Both the position numbers and the translations under genes were made by a program. 64,000 bases of DNA from Escherichia coli (GTDB lineage: Bacteria; Pseudomonadota; Gammaproteobacteria; Enterobacterales; Enterobacteriaceae), in NCBI RefSeq assembly GCF_024298765.1, contig NZ_CP101210.1. One strand, given 5' to 3'. The first letter of the stretch is position 1. Each line of letters opens with the position of its first letter. Below the pieces are notes generated by a model. The model did not search any database. It had not been told where the DNA came from and saw only the letters and a list, made by a program, of their open reading frames with translations. Positions 1 to 11,533 of the stretch are shown piece by piece.

Positions 1-573
1 GCCACGGGGAAAACGGGTGCTGCCGGAGGTGTACTGGAGGTAGGCGATATCGTTCGGAACTGGACGCTGGAGCGCAACATCGGCTTCCGGTAATGCCTTA
101 AACCAGGCGTGGCTTAAAACATGTAATTCGGGGTTGTTGTTATGCGTCGCGGCATTGACCAGCGGTAACCACTCATCACCAGTGATAATGGCTGCGGGCT
201 GGCAACTTGCCAGTAAACCCTGCAGTTTGGCGCTCCAGGAATCCCGCTGACCGACGCCCATTGGAATCGCCAACGGGACGGCGACTAAGCCGGCACACTG
301 GCAGGAAAAAAAAGCCTCTACAAACCCGCTACTCGTTTCGGCAATCAGCGCCACGCGATCGCCTTTTTTCAGGTTCAGCGATAACAACCGCTTCGCACCA
401 GCTTCGGCACGCGCTTTTAACGTCTGATATTCCAGTTGATCTTCAAGTTGGCAACGTCTGTCATAAAAATTCATTCCGGCGCTACTCAGAGCGGCGTAGT
501 CCAAAGCATCAACCAGCGTTGGAAAATCGGCATAGCGCATAGGTAGGGAATGCGTAAAGATTTTATTAGACAT
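1..573 (-). CDS. AMP-dependent synthetase/ligase (fatty-acyl-AMP ligase-like), N-terminal part; continues past window start
   Basis: Reverse-strand translation from ATG at 573 (or 540) reads MSNKIFTHSLPMRYADFPTLVDALDYAALSSAGMNFYDRRCQLEDQLEYQTLKARAEAGAKRLLSLNLKKGDRVALIAETSS..., typical acyl-AMP ligase N-terminus; frame open to position 1. Not in ORF track because no stop lies inside the window. Confidence 0.55.
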   Translation of the reverse strand, partial: MSNKIFTHSLPMRYADFPTLVDALDYAALSSAGMNFYDRRCQLEDQLEYQTLKARAEAGAKRLLSLNLKKGDRVALIAETSSGFVEAFFSCQCAGLVAVPLAIPMGVGQRDSWSAKLQGLLASCQPAAIITGDEWLPLVNAATHNNNPELHVLSHAWFKALPEADVALQRPVPNDIAYLQYTSGSTRFPRG

Positions 574-943
574 ATACACCACGAAAAAATTGGATATCAA
601 AAATAAAATGACAATAATGCGGTGGATTATATAGGCATAAAAGATAAATGAGATAGTATTTTCATCAGTGTGAAAATGAACATTGATTTAAATAATGAGT
701 TTGAGTTTTTTTGTTTTTATTGTGAATGATATTTAATTTATGAATATATTAAGAAGAAGCCTTGTCCGGTCGCCTTAAATCGACAAAAGGCATTGTGGCG
801 CTTCTGTGTAGTCTCTGACCTTATCGTAATCATTAATAATACTATTTATTCGTCGTTTGTATTCATTGGGTTGATTGTTAAGGTGCCGTTCGTTGCTGTT
901 GCAACCTGTTTGTCACCGTTAATTATTTGTTACCCACAGAACT

Positions 944-2086
944 ATGGAATGCGATCTGCTGATGATTAAAATTGAAAAAGTAATTAATAAAAATGACCTT
1001 AAGGCATTTATCGCTTTTCCGTCATCACTTTATCCCGACGATCCAAACTGGATACCCCCTTTATTCATTGAACGCAACGAGCATTTGTCTGCGAAAAATC
1101 CGGGGACGGACCATATCATCTGGCAGGCGTGGGTGGCAAAAAAAGCGGGGCAGATAGTTGGGCGTATTACCGCGCAAATCGATACCTTGCACCGCGAGCG
1201 TTACGGCAAAGATACCGGTCATTTCGGCATGATTGACGCCATTGATGATCCGCAGGTTTTTGCCGCGTTGTTTGGCGCAGCGGAAGCGTGGTTGAAGTCA
1301 CAAGGTGCAAGTAAGATCAGCGGTCCTTTCAGCCTGAATATCAATCAGGAAAGCGGATTACTGATTGAAGGTTTCGATACACCACCCAGTGCGATGATGC
1401 CACACGGTAAACCGTGGTATGCCGCGCATATTGAACAACTGGGTTATCACAAAGGCATTGATTTACTGGCGTGGTGGATGCAGCGAACCGATCTCACTTT
1501 CTCTCCGGCGCTAAAAAAACTGATGGATCAGGTGCGCAAAAAAGTGACCATTCGCTGCATCAATCGCCAGCGGTTTGCCGAAGAGATACAGATCCTGCGT
1601 GAGATTTTCAATTCTGGCTGGCAGCACAACTGGGGATTTGTGCCGTTTACCGAACATGAATTCGCGACCATGGGCGATCAACTTAAATATCTGGTGCCGG
1701 ACGATATGATCTACATCGCTGAGATTGATTCTGCACCCTGCGCGTTTATTGTTGGCTTGCCGAACATCAACGAGGCGATTGCCGATCTGAACGGATCGCT
1801 CTTTCCCTTCGGCTGGGCAAAATTGCTGTGGCGTTTGAAAGTCAGCGGTGTGCGAACTGCGCGAGTGCCGCTGATGGGCGTGCGGGACGAGTATCAGTTC
1901 AGCCGCATCGGCCCGGTAATTGCGCTGTTATTGATTGAAGCCTTACGCGATCCGTTTGCCCGTCGGAAGATCGATGCGCTGGAGATGTCATGGATCCTCG
2001 AAACCAATACAGGCATGAATAACATGCTGGAACGCATTGGGGCGGAGCCGTACAAGCGTTACCGATTGTATGAAAAGCAGATTTGA
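944..2086 (+). CDS. yghO: YghO-like protein (380 aa), intact
   Basis: 380-aa ORF convergent with glcC, in the position yghO occupies next to glcC in E. coli; identity assigned from position and recollection, not from a search. Confidence 0.55.
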   Translation: MECDLLMIKIEKVINKNDLKAFIAFPSSLYPDDPNWIPPLFIERNEHLSAKNPGTDHIIWQAWVAKKAGQIVGRITAQIDTLHRERYGKDTGHFGMIDAIDDPQVFAALFGAAEAWLKSQGASKISGPFSLNINQESGLLIEGFDTPPSAMMPHGKPWYAAHIEQLGYHKGIDLLAWWMQRTDLTFSPALKKLMDQVRKKVTIRCINRQRFAEEIQILREIFNSGWQHNWGFVPFTEHEFATMGDQLKYLVPDDMIYIAEIDSAPCAFIVGLPNINEAIADLNGSLFPFGWAKLLWRLKVSGVRTARVPLMGVRDEYQFSRIGPVIALLLIEALRDPFARRKIDALEMSWILETNTGMNNMLERIGAEPYKRYRLYEKQI

Positions 2087-2092
2087 TGGCAG

Positions 2093-2857
2093 TCACCCCT
2101 GCTTCATCTCCAGCGGCACCGCCGAGCGAATCAAATGGTGGCCTTCCAGCTCGATATCGTGGAGATTCTTTTTCACGGTCCGCACATGATCACGTGCTGC
2201 GCGCTGGGCGACGTGCGGCAGCCGCTGCAACACCGCGTTGTAGATCCGCGCATGCTGGCGATCGATCTGCTTTTTTTGCTGTGGTCGATGGTAGAGATTA
2301 TTTACGCTGGCAAACACTGAATTAAACATCAGATCGGTCAATGATTGCAGCGTAAACACCAGCACCTGATTGTGAGAAGCCTGACAAATGGCGAGATGGA
2401 AAGCGTGATCCAACTGCGCATGTTCGATCAGCGAAATCTCTTTGTTGTTCTCACTGGCGGCGAGCATTTTTTCATAACAGCGGGTTATCACAACAAAATC
2501 AGCCTGGGTTCCCAGCGTTGCCGCCAGCCTTGCCGATTCGCCCTCCAGTAATGCGCGAACGTCGAGCAGATCGTACAGCGTTCGCGGCTGCGTACTGAAC
2601 AGATGGATCAGCGGGCTGGCGTCCTGCACCCGATTAAGCCGTGCGACACGAGAATCGCGACCCTGCGCCGTTTCAATAATCCCGCGCCCGCGCAGCACGG
2701 TCAGCCCTTCACGCAGTGCGGAGCGTGAGAAGCCGAGCTTTTCACACAGTCGACGTTCCGAGGGAAGCGGCTGACCGACCTTCAACACGCCGTCGATAAT
2801 TAACCGTTCGATACTCTCTGCAACCACTTCGCAAATAGGGCGACGTTCATCTTTCAT
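2093..2857 (-). CDS. glcC: GntR/FadR-family transcriptional activator of the glycolate operon
   Basis: Translation from internal Met MKDERRPICEVVAESIERLIIDGVLKVGQPLPSERRLCEKLGFSRSALREGL... gives ~254 aa with N-terminal winged HTH; divergent from glcD. Confidence 0.9.
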   Translation of the reverse strand: MKDERRPICEVVAESIERLIIDGVLKVGQPLPSERRLCEKLGFSRSALREGLTVLRGRGIIETAQGRDSRVARLNRVQDASPLIHLFSTQPRTLYDLLDVRALLEGESARLAATLGTQADFVVITRCYEKMLAASENNKEISLIEHAQLDHAFHLAICQASHNQVLVFTLQSLTDLMFNSVFASVNNLYHRPQQKKQIDRQHARIYNAVLQRLPHVAQRAARDHVRTVKKNLHDIELEGHHLIRSAVPLEMKQG

Positions 2858-3107
2858 TCCCGGACCTCGTGCACAGGTAGGACCAATTTTTCTGTTCTTA
2901 ACTCGCAAAACACGCACATCACGCAAGTGATTATGTTACATCAATTTAACATTAAGTTAACCAAGGCAAGGTCACAGAGCTGGAAAAAAAATGGTCTGAC
3001 CGGTAGCTAAAGAGATAGACGAAAACGAAAAGCCCGCTTAATAACTGTTCACAGAAGCAGCGCGCAAAAATCAGCTGCCACACAACACAACAAAGCGAAG
3101 CCTATTC
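2858..3107. promoter_or_regulatory. Divergent glcC / glcDEFGB control region
   Basis: 250-bp intergenic spacer between divergently oriented glcC and glcD; no individual promoter elements called. Confidence 0.45.
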
Positions 3108-4607
3108 ATGAGCATCTTGTACGAAGAGCGTCTTGATGGCGCTTTACCCGATGTCGACCGCACATCGGTACTGATGGCACTGCGTGAGCATGTCCCTGGA
3201 CTTGAGATCCTGCATACCGATGAGGAGATCATTCCTTACGAGTGTGACGGGTTGAGCGCGTATCGCACGCGTCCATTACTGGTTGTTTTGCCAAAGCAGA
3301 TGGAACAGGTGACGGCGATTCTGGCTGTCTGCCACCGCCTGCGTGTACCGGTCGTGACCCGTGGTGCAGGCACCGGGCTTTCTGGTGGCGCGCTGCCTCT
3401 GGAAAAAGGTGTGTTGTTGGTGATGGCGCGCTTTAAAGAGATCCTCGACATTAACCCCGTTGGTCGCCGCGCGCGCGTGCAGCCGGGCGTGCGTAACCTG
3501 GCGATCTCCCAGGCCGTTGCGCCGCATAATCTCTATTACGCGCCGGATCCTTCCTCACAAATCGCCTGTTCAATTGGCGGCAATGTGGCGGAAAATGCCG
3601 GTGGCGTTCACTGCCTGAAATATGGTCTGACCGTACAGAACCTGCTGAAAATTGAAGTGCAAACGCTGGACGGCGAGGCGCTGACGCTGGGATCGGATGC
3701 GCTGGATTCGCCTGGTTTTGACCTGCTGGCGCTGTTCACCGGATCGGAAGGTATGCTCGGCGTGACCACCGAAGTGACGGTAAAACTGCTGCCGAAGCCG
3801 CCCGTGGCGCGGGTTCTGTTAGCCAGCTTTGACTCGGTAGAAAAAGCCGGACTTGCGGTTGGTGACATCATCGCCAATGGCATTATCCCCGGCGGGCTGG
3901 AGATGATGGATAACCTGTCGATTCGCGCGGCGGAAGATTTTATTCATGCCGGTTATCCCGTCGATGCCGAAGCGATTTTGTTATGCGAACTGGACGGCGT
4001 GGAGTCTGACGTACAGGAAGACTGCGAGCGAGTTAACGACATCTTGTTGAACGCGGGTGCGACTGACGTCCGTCTGGCACAGGACGAAGCAGAGCGAGTA
4101 CGTTTCTGGGCCGGTCGCAAAAATGCGTTCCCGGCGGTAGGACGTATCTCCCCGGATTACTACTGCATGGATGGCACCATCCCGCGCCGCGCCCTGCCTG
4201 GCGTACTGGAAGGCATTGCCCGTTTATCGCAGCAATATGATTTACGCGTTGCCAACGTCTTTCATGCCGGAGACGGCAACATGCACCCGTTAATCCTTTT
4301 CGATGCCAACGAACCCGGTGAATTTGCCCGCGCGGAAGAACTGGGCGGGAAGATCCTCGAACTCTGCGTTGAAGTTGGCGGCAGCATCAGTGGGGAACAT
4401 GGCATCGGGCGCGAAAAAATCAATCAAATGTGCGCCCAGTTCAACAGCGATGAAATCACGACCTTCCATGCGGTCAAGGCGGCGTTTGACCCCGATGGTT
4501 TGCTGAACCCAGGAAAAAACATTCCCACGCTACACCGCTGTGCTGAATTTGGTGCCATGCATGTGCATCACGGTCATTTACCTTTTCCTGAACTGGAGCG
4601 TTTCTGA
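3108..4607 (+). CDS. glcD: Glycolate oxidase FAD-linked subunit
   Basis: 499-aa ORF MSILYEERLDGALPDVDRTS...; FAD-binding oxidase signature; first gene of glc operon. Confidence 0.95.
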   Translation: MSILYEERLDGALPDVDRTSVLMALREHVPGLEILHTDEEIIPYECDGLSAYRTRPLLVVLPKQMEQVTAILAVCHRLRVPVVTRGAGTGLSGGALPLEKGVLLVMARFKEILDINPVGRRARVQPGVRNLAISQAVAPHNLYYAPDPSSQIACSIGGNVAENAGGVHCLKYGLTVQNLLKIEVQTLDGEALTLGSDALDSPGFDLLALFTGSEGMLGVTTEVTVKLLPKPPVARVLLASFDSVEKAGLAVGDIIANGIIPGGLEMMDNLSIRAAEDFIHAGYPVDAEAILLCELDGVESDVQEDCERVNDILLNAGATDVRLAQDEAERVRFWAGRKNAFPAVGRISPDYYCMDGTIPRRALPGVLEGIARLSQQYDLRVANVFHAGDGNMHPLILFDANEPGEFARAEELGGKILELCVEVGGSISGEHGIGREKINQMCAQFNSDEITTFHAVKAAFDPDGLLNPGKNIPTLHRCAEFGAMHVHHGHLPFPELERF

Positions 4608-5659
4608 TGCTACGCGAGTGTGATTACAGCCAGGCGCTGCTGGAGCAGGTGAATCAGGCGATTAGCGATAAAACGCCGCTGGTGATTCAGGGCAGCAATA
4701 GCAAAGCCTTTTTAGGTCGCCCTGTCACCGGGCAAACGCTGGATGTGCGTTGTCATCGCGGCATTGTTAATTACGACCCGACCGAGCTGGTGATAACCGC
4801 GCGTGCCGGAACGCCGCTGGTGGCGATTGAAGCAGCGCTGGAGAGCGCCGGGCAAATGCTCCCCTGCGAGCCGCCGCATTATGGTGAAGAAGCCACCTGG
4901 GGCGGGATGGTCGCTTGCGGGCTGGCGGGGCCGCGTCGCCCGTGGAGTGGTTCGGTCCGCGATTTTGTCCTCGGCACGCGCATCATTACCGGCACTGGAA
5001 AACATCTGCGTTTTGGTGGCGAAGTGATGAAAAACGTTGCCGGATACGATCTCTCACGGTTAATGGCCGGAAGCTACGGTTGTCTTGGCGTGCTCACTGA
5101 AATCTCGATGAAAGTGTTACCGCGACCACGCGCCACCCTGAGTCTGCGTCGGGAAATCAGCCTGCAAGAAGCCATGAATGAAATCGCCCAGTGGCAACTC
5201 CAGCCATTACCCATTAGTGGCTTATGTTACTTCGACAATGCGTTGTGGATCCTCCTTGAGGGCGGCGGTGGATCGGTAAAAGCAGCGCGTGAACTGCTGG
5301 GGGGCGAAGAGGTTGCGGGTCAGTTCTGGCAGCAATTGCGTGAACAACAACTGCCGTTCTTCTCGTTACCAGGTACCTTATGGCGCATTTCCTTACCCAG
5401 CGATGCGCCGATGATAGATTTACCCGGCGAGCAACTGATCGACTGGGGCGGGGCGCTACGCTGGCTGAAATCGACAGCCGATGACAATCAAATCCATCGC
5501 ATCGCCCGCAACGCTGGCGGTCATGCGACCCGCTTTAGTGCCGGAGATGGTGGTTTTGCCCCGCTACCGGCTCCTTTATTCCGCTATCACCAGCAGCTTA
5601 AACAGCAGCTCGACCCTTGCGGCGTGTTTAACCCCGGTCGCATGTACGCGGAACTTTGA
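4607..5659 (+). CDS. glcE: Glycolate oxidase FAD-binding subunit
   Basis: 350-aa ORF; start overlaps glcD stop (ATGA-type overlap at 4605-4609). Confidence 0.93.
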   Translation: MLRECDYSQALLEQVNQAISDKTPLVIQGSNSKAFLGRPVTGQTLDVRCHRGIVNYDPTELVITARAGTPLVAIEAALESAGQMLPCEPPHYGEEATWGGMVACGLAGPRRPWSGSVRDFVLGTRIITGTGKHLRFGGEVMKNVAGYDLSRLMAGSYGCLGVLTEISMKVLPRPRATLSLRREISLQEAMNEIAQWQLQPLPISGLCYFDNALWILLEGGGGSVKAARELLGGEEVAGQFWQQLREQQLPFFSLPGTLWRISLPSDAPMIDLPGEQLIDWGGALRWLKSTADDNQIHRIARNAGGHATRFSAGDGGFAPLPAPLFRYHQQLKQQLDPCGVFNPGRMYAEL

Positions 5660-5669
5660 GGAGCAGGCT

Positions 5670-6893
5670 ATGCAAACCCGATTAACAGAAGAGATGCGGC
5701 AGAACGCGCGCGCGCTGGAAGCCGACAGCATCCTGCGCGCCTGTGTTCACTGCGGATTTTGTACCGCAACCTGCCCAACCTATCAGCTTCTGGGCGATGA
5801 ACTGGACGGGCCGCGCGGGCGCATCTATCTGATTAAACAGGTACTGGAAGGCAACGAAGTCACGCTTAAAACACAGGAGCATCTCGATCGCTGTCTCACT
5901 TGCCGCAATTGTGAAACCACCTGTCCTTCTGGTGTGTGTTATCACAATTTGCTGGATATCGGGCGTGATATTGTCGAGCAGAAAGTGAAACGCCCACTGC
6001 CGGAGCGAATGCTGCGCGAAGGATTGCGCCAGGTAGTGCCGCGTCCGGCGGTCTTCCGTGCGCTGACGCAGGTAGGGCTGGTGCTGCGACCGTTTTTACC
6101 GGAACAGGTCAGAGCAAAACTGCCTGCTGAAACCGTGAAAGCTAAACCGCGTCCACCGCTGCGCCATAAGCGTCGGGTTTTAATGCTGGAAGGCTGCGCC
6201 CAGCCTACGCTTTCGCCCAACACCAACGCGGCAACTGCGCGAGTGCTGGATCGTCTGGGGATCAGCGTCATGCCAGCTAACGAAGCAGGCTGTTGTGGCG
6301 CGGTGGACTATCATCTTAATGCGCAAGAGAAAGGGTTAGCGCGGGCGCGCAATAATATTGATGCCTGGTGGCCCGCGATTGAAGCAGGTGCCGAGGCAAT
6401 TTTGCAAACCGCCAGCGGTTGCGGCGCGTTCGTTAAAGAGTATGGGCAGATGCTGAAAAACGATGCGTTGTATGCCGATAAAGCGCGTCAGGTCAGTGAG
6501 CTGGCGGTCGATTTAGTCGAACTTCTGCGCAAGGAACCACTGGAAAAACTGGCAATTCGCGGTGATAAAAAACTGGCCTTCCACTGCCCGTGTACCCTAC
6601 AACATGCGCAAAAGCTGAACGGCGAAGTGGAAAAAGTGTTATTTCGTCTTGGATTTACCTTAACGGACGTTCCCGACAGCCATCTGTGCTGCGGTTCAGC
6701 GGGAACATATGCGTTAACGCATCCCGATCTGGCACGCCAGCTGCGGGATAACAAAATGAATGCGCTGGAAAGCGGCAAACCGGAAATGATCGTCACCGCC
6801 AACATTGGTTGCCAGACGCATCTGGCGAGCGCCGGTCGTACCTCTGTGCGTCACTGGATTGAAATTGTAGAACAAGCCCTTGAAAAGGAATAA
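5670..6893 (+). CDS. glcF: Glycolate oxidase iron-sulfur subunit
   Basis: ATG at 5670 preceded by GGAG; protein MQTRLTEEMRQNARALE... with two CxxCxxCxxxCP ferredoxin-like motifs (CVHCGFCTATCP, CLTCRNCETTCP). The longer ORF from 5481 is an in-frame upstream extension overlapping glcE. Confidence 0.9.
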   Translation: MQTRLTEEMRQNARALEADSILRACVHCGFCTATCPTYQLLGDELDGPRGRIYLIKQVLEGNEVTLKTQEHLDRCLTCRNCETTCPSGVCYHNLLDIGRDIVEQKVKRPLPERMLREGLRQVVPRPAVFRALTQVGLVLRPFLPEQVRAKLPAETVKAKPRPPLRHKRRVLMLEGCAQPTLSPNTNAATARVLDRLGISVMPANEAGCCGAVDYHLNAQEKGLARARNNIDAWWPAIEAGAEAILQTASGCGAFVKEYGQMLKNDALYADKARQVSELAVDLVELLRKEPLEKLAIRGDKKLAFHCPCTLQHAQKLNGEVEKVLFRLGFTLTDVPDSHLCCGSAGTYALTHPDLARQLRDNKMNALESGKPEMIVTANIGCQTHLASAGRTSVRHWIEIVEQALEKE

Positions 6894-6897
6894 CAAA

Positions 6898-7302
6898 ATG
6901 AAAACTAAAGTCATTCTTAGCCAGCAAATGGCGAGTGCAATTATTGCCGCAGGTCAGGAAGAGGCGCAGAAAAACAACTGGTCTGTTTCCATTGCTGTTG
7001 CCGATGACGGCGGTCATCTGCTGGCGTTAAGTCGCATGGACGATTGCGCGCCGATTGCGGCTTACATCTCCCAGGAGAAAGCGCGTACCGCCGCGCTGGG
7101 GCGTCGTGAAACTAAGGGCTATGAAGAGATGGTGAACAACGGACGTACCGCGTTCGTGACTGCGCCGTTACTGACGTCGCTGGAAGGCGGCGTACCGGTT
7201 GTTGTTGATGGGCAAATTATTGGTGCCGTGGGCGTTTCTGGTTTAACCGGAGCACAGGATGCGCAGGTCGCGAAAGCGGCAGCAGCGGTGTTGGCGAAAT
7301 AA
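6898..7302 (+). CDS. glcG: GlcG protein (heme-binding-like, DUF336)
   Basis: ATG at 6898 with AAGGAA SD; MKTKVILSQQMASAIIAAGQEEAQKNNWSVSIAVADDGGHLLALSRMD... Confidence 0.9.
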   Translation: MKTKVILSQQMASAIIAAGQEEAQKNNWSVSIAVADDGGHLLALSRMDDCAPIAAYISQEKARTAALGRRETKGYEEMVNNGRTAFVTAPLLTSLEGGVPVVVDGQIIGAVGVSGLTGAQDAQVAKAAAAVLAK

Positions 7303-7323
7303 GCGAAAACGAGGAGAGAAACA

Positions 7324-9495
7324 ATGAGTCAAACCATAACCCAGGGCCGTTTACGCATTGACGCCAATTTTAAACGTTTTGTGGATGAAGAAGTTTTGCC
7401 GGGCGTGGAACTGGACGCTGCCGCGTTCTGGCGCAATGTTGATGAGATCGTTCACGATCTGGCGCCAGAGAATCGTCAGTTGCTGGCAGAGCGTGATCGC
7501 ATTCAGGCGGCGCTTGATGAGTGGCATCGCAGCAATCCGGGGCCGGTAAAAGATAAAGCGGCCTATAAATCTTTCCTGCGTGAACTGGGCTACCTGGTGC
7601 CACAGCCTGACCACGTTACGGTGGAAACCACGGGCATCGACAGCGAAATCACCAGTCAGGCGGGGCCACAGCTGGTGGTTCCGGCGATGAACGCCCGCTA
7701 CGCGCTGAACGCGGCGAACGCTCGCTGGGGCTCACTGTACGATGCGTTATACGGCAGTGACATCATCCCGCAGGAAGGGGCGATGGTCAGCGGCTACGAT
7801 CCGCAGCGTGGTGAGCAGGTTATCGCCTGGGTTCGGCGTTTCCTCGATGAATCACTACCGCTGGAAAACGGCAGCTATCAGGATGTGGTGGCGTTTAAGG
7901 TGGTCGATAAACAATTACGCATCCAGTTGAAAAATGGTAAAGAAACCACGTTACGTACTCCAGCACAGTTTGTCGGTTACCGTGGCGATACTGCTGCGCT
8001 GACCTGCATTTTGCTGAAAAATAACGGCCTGCATATTGAGCTACAAATCGATGCCAACGGGCGGATTGGCAAAGACGATTCGGCGCACATCAACGATGTT
8101 ATCGTCGAAGCGGCCATCAGTACCATTCTCGACTGCGAAGATTCGGTTGCGGCGGTTGATGCGGAAGATAAAATCCTGCTGTACCGCAACCTGCTGGGCC
8201 TGATGCAGGGGACTCTGCAAGAGAAAATGGAGAAGAACGGTCGGCAAATCGTGCGTAAACTGAATGACGATCGTCAGTACACTGCCGCCGATGGATCTGA
8301 AATTTCTCTGCACGGACGCTCGTTGCTGTTTATCCGCAACGTGGGTCATTTGATGACCATTCCTGTGATTTGGGACAGCGAAGGCAATGAAATCCCGGAA
8401 GGCATTCTTGATGGCGTCATGACTGGCGCGATTGCCCTCTATGATTTAAAAGTGCAGAAAAACTCGCGCACTGGCAGCGTCTATATTGTGAAACCGAAAA
8501 TGCACGGTCCGCAGGAAGTGGCGTTCGCCAACAAACTGTTTTCCCGCGTTGAGACAATGCTCGGTATGGCACCGAATACCCTGAAAATGGGCATTATGGA
8601 TGAAGAACGCCGGACCTCGCTGAACTTGCGTAGCTGTATCGCTCAGGCGCGCAACCGCGTGGCGTTCATCAATACCGGTTTCCTCGACCGTACCGGCGAT
8701 GAAATGCATTCGGTGATGGAAGCGGGCCCGATGCTGCGTAAAAACCAGATGAAATCGACGCCGTGGATCAAAGCCTACGAACGTAATAACGTGCTTTCCG
8801 GTCTGTTCTGTGGGCTACGTGGAAAAGCGCAAATCGGTAAAGGCATGTGGGCAATGCCGGACCTGATGGCAGACATGTACAGCCAGAAGGGCGACCAATT
8901 GCGTGCCGGGGCAAACACGGCCTGGGTTCCGTCGCCAACTGCCGCTACGCTCCATGCGCTACACTACCACCAAACCAACGTACAGAGCGTGCAAGCCAAC
9001 ATTGCCCAGACCGAGTTCAATGCTGAATTTGAACCGCTGCTGGACGATCTGCTGACTATTCCGGTTGCTGAAAACGCTAATTGGTCGGCGCAAGAGATCC
9101 AACAAGAGCTGGATAACAACGTGCAGGGGATTCTGGGGTACGTGGTGCGTTGGGTGGAGCAGGGGATTGGTTGTTCAAAAGTGCCGGATATTCACAACGT
9201 GGCGTTGATGGAAGACCGCGCAACGCTGCGTATTTCCAGCCAGCATATCGCCAACTGGTTACGTCACGGTATTCTGACCAAAGATCAGGTGCAGGCGTCG
9301 CTGGAGAATATGGCGAAAGTGGTTGATCAGCAAAACGCTGGCGATCCGGCTTATCGTCCAATGGTGGAGAATTTCGCTAACTCGTGTGCTTTTAAAGCTG
9401 CCTGCGATTTGATCTTCCTCGGAGTGAAACAGCCAAACGGCTATACCGAACCGTTATTACACGCATGGCGTTTACGCGAAAAAGAAAATCATTAA
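7324..9495 (+). CDS. glcB: Malate synthase G
   Basis: 723-aa [30 protein letters not shown]..., size and sequence typical of malate synthase G. Confidence 0.95.
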   Translation: MSQTITQGRLRIDANFKRFVDEEVLPGVELDAAAFWRNVDEIVHDLAPENRQLLAERDRIQAALDEWHRSNPGPVKDKAAYKSFLRELGYLVPQPDHVTVETTGIDSEITSQAGPQLVVPAMNARYALNAANARWGSLYDALYGSDIIPQEGAMVSGYDPQRGEQVIAWVRRFLDESLPLENGSYQDVVAFKVVDKQLRIQLKNGKETTLRTPAQFVGYRGDTAALTCILLKNNGLHIELQIDANGRIGKDDSAHINDVIVEAAISTILDCEDSVAAVDAEDKILLYRNLLGLMQGTLQEKMEKNGRQIVRKLNDDRQYTAADGSEISLHGRSLLFIRNVGHLMTIPVIWDSEGNEIPEGILDGVMTGAIALYDLKVQKNSRTGSVYIVKPKMHGPQEVAFANKLFSRVETMLGMAPNTLKMGIMDEERRTSLNLRSCIAQARNRVAFINTGFLDRTGDEMHSVMEAGPMLRKNQMKSTPWIKAYERNNVLSGLFCGLRGKAQIGKGMWAMPDLMADMYSQKGDQLRAGANTAWVPSPTAATLHALHYHQTNVQSVQANIAQTEFNAEFEPLLDDLLTIPVAENANWSAQEIQQELDNNVQGILGYVVRWVEQGIGCSKVPDIHNVALMEDRATLRISSQHIANWLRHGILTKDQVQASLENMAKVVDQQNAGDPAYRPMVENFANSCAFKAACDLIFLGVKQPNGYTEPLLHAWRLREKENH

Positions 9496-9850
9496 TAGCG
9501 TCAAAAAAAGCCCCGGCAAGATTTATTGTCGGGGCTATGATAGTAACTGCGGTAGTACATTTATCCCGGAAATAACCGGAGCGATTATCAGGGGTTAACA
9601 ATATTAAATACCCGTAGCGCATCACTAGCGGGATTAAAACAACAATATGGACATCTTAACGATACTCTGCGCCTGCGTGTGCGGAACAGAAACCCTTACC
9701 CGATATACTTGTTATGCCAGAGGTAGCAATTGCGTTAGCGGCGTACTGTTGCTGTAAAGTATAACGCCTATATTTTACAGTTCAGTCCTCTTTTGCTTAT
9801 TACAACCTTAAGTATATCAAGCATATAAAGATAATAAGAGACTGAACAAT

Positions 9851-11533
9851 ATGGTTACCTGGACCCAAATGTATATGCCGATGGGAGGACTGGGGCTATC
9901 CGCTCTGGTCGCCCTGATCCCAATAATATTCTTCTTCGTTGCACTCGCGGTATTACGTCTGAAAGGACATGTCGCTGGAGCAATAACCCTTATATTATCT
10001 ATTCTGATTGCGATATTCGCCTTTAAAATGCCGATTGATATGGCATTTGCTGCTGCGGGCTATGGCTTTATTTATGGTTTATGGCCTATTGCGTGGATTA
10101 TTGTCGCGGCGGTATTCCTGTATAAATTAACCGTTGCCAGCGGCCAGTTCGATATTATCCGCAGCTCGGTTATCTCCATCACCGACGATCAGCGTTTGCA
10201 GGTGTTACTGATTGGTTTCTCCTTTGGTGCGCTGCTGGAAGGGGCGGCTGGCTTTGGCGCGCCGGTGGCGATTACCGGTGCGCTGCTGGTGGGCCTGGGC
10301 TTCAAACCGTTATACGCGGCGGGGCTGTGTCTGATTGCCAATACTGCGCCGGTGGCGTTTGGTGCGTTGGGCGTGCCGATTCTGGTCGCCGGTCAGGTAA
10401 CGGGAATCGATCCGTTCCACATTGGCGCAATGGCGGGACGTCAGTTACCGTTCCTGTCGGTTCTTGTACCGTTCTGGCTGGTAGCAATGATGGACGGCTG
10501 GAAAGGGGTGAAAGAGACGTGGCCAGCGGCGCTGGTTGCTGGGGGAAGCTTCGCTGTCACGCAGTTCTTTACCTCTAACTATATTGGTCCGGAACTGCCG
10601 GATATTACTTCGGCGCTGGTGAGTATCGTCTCACTCGCTTTATTCCTTAAAGTCTGGCGGCCGAAAAATACCGAAACGGCAATCAGCATGGGACAATCCG
10701 CAGGAGCGATGGTGGTGAATAAACCATCTTCTGGCGGTCCCGTGCCTTCAGAATATAGTCTGGGGCAAATCATTCGTGCGTGGTCACCGTTTTTAATCTT
10801 AACGGTGCTGGTCACCATCTGGACCATGAAGCCGTTTAAAGCGTTATTTGCTCCGGGCGGCGCGTTTTATTCACTGGTGATTAATTTCCAGATCCCTCAT
10901 TTGCATCAACAAGTGTTGAAAGCGGCACCCATTGTCGCCCAACCAACGCCAATGGATGCGGTGTTTAAATTCGACCCTCTCTCGGCTGGCGGCACCGCTA
11001 TTTTTATTGCGGCGATTATCTCTATCTTCATCCTCGGCGTGGGCATCAAGAAAGGGATTGGCGTCTTTGCCGAAACGCTAATTAGTCTGAAGTGGCCGAT
11101 ATTGTCGATTGGCATGGTGCTGGCGTTCGCCTTCGTCACCAACTATTCCGGTATGTCCACCACGCTGGCGCTGGTACTGGCAGGTACAGGCGTGATGTTC
11201 CCGTTCTTTTCGCCATTCCTCGGCTGGCTGGGGGTATTCCTTACCGGCTCGGACACCTCCTCTAACGCCCTGTTTGGTTCACTGCAATCGACCACGGCGC
11301 AGCAAATCAACGTCTCTGACACACTGCTGGTGGCAGCAAATACCAGCGGCGGCGTAACTGGCAAGATGATCTCCCCGCAATCTATCGCCGTGGCCTGCGC
11401 CGCGACGGGCATGGTGGGCCGGGAATCTGAACTGTTCCGCTACACCGTGAAGCACAGTCTGATTTTTGCCAGCGTTATCGGCATTATCACGCTGTTGCAG
11501 GCGTATGTGTTTACTGGGATGTTAGTCTCGTAA
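9851..11533 (+). CDS. glcA: Glycolate/lactate permease (LctP family)
   Basis: 560-aa polytopic membrane protein [35 protein letters not shown]... Confidence 0.9.
   Translation: MVTWTQMYMPMGGLGLSALVALIPIIFFFVALAVLRLKGHVAGAITLILSILIAIFAFKMPIDMAFAAAGYGFIYGLWPIAWIIVAAVFLYKLTVASGQFDIIRSSVISITDDQRLQVLLIGFSFGALLEGAAGFGAPVAITGALLVGLGFKPLYAAGLCLIANTAPVAFGALGVPILVAGQVTGIDPFHIGAMAGRQLPFLSVLVPFWLVAMMDGWKGVKETWPAALVAGGSFAVTQFFTSNYIGPELPDITSALVSIVSLALFLKVWRPKNTETAISMGQSAGAMVVNKPSSGGPVPSEYSLGQIIRAWSPFLILTVLVTIWTMKPFKALFAPGGAFYSLVINFQIPHLHQQVLKAAPIVAQPTPMDAVFKFDPLSAGGTAIFIAAIISIFILGVGIKKGIGVFAETLISLKWPILSIGMVLAFAFVTNYSGMSTTLALVLAGTGVMFPFFSPFLGWLGVFLTGSDTSSNALFGSLQSTTAQQINVSDTLLVAANTSGGVTGKMISPQSIAVACAATGMVGRESELFRYTVKHSLIFASVIGIITLLQAYVFTGMLVS

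Noticed and set aside
207-542. 111-aa plus-strand ORF at window start
   Set aside because: Antisense to a clearly coding minus-strand acyl-AMP ligase-like frame; Arg/Ser/Pro-rich low-complexity translation.
5481-5669. Upstream extension of the glcF ORF giving a 470-aa protein
   Set aside because: The extension overlaps the glcE coding frame; the ATG at 5670 has a GGAG SD and begins the conserved glcF N-terminus.
9496-9545. Hairpin after glcB as an intrinsic terminator
   Set aside because: The gccccggcaa...ttgtcggggc stem is imperfect and the T-tract lies on the wrong side for plus-strand termination; left unannotated.
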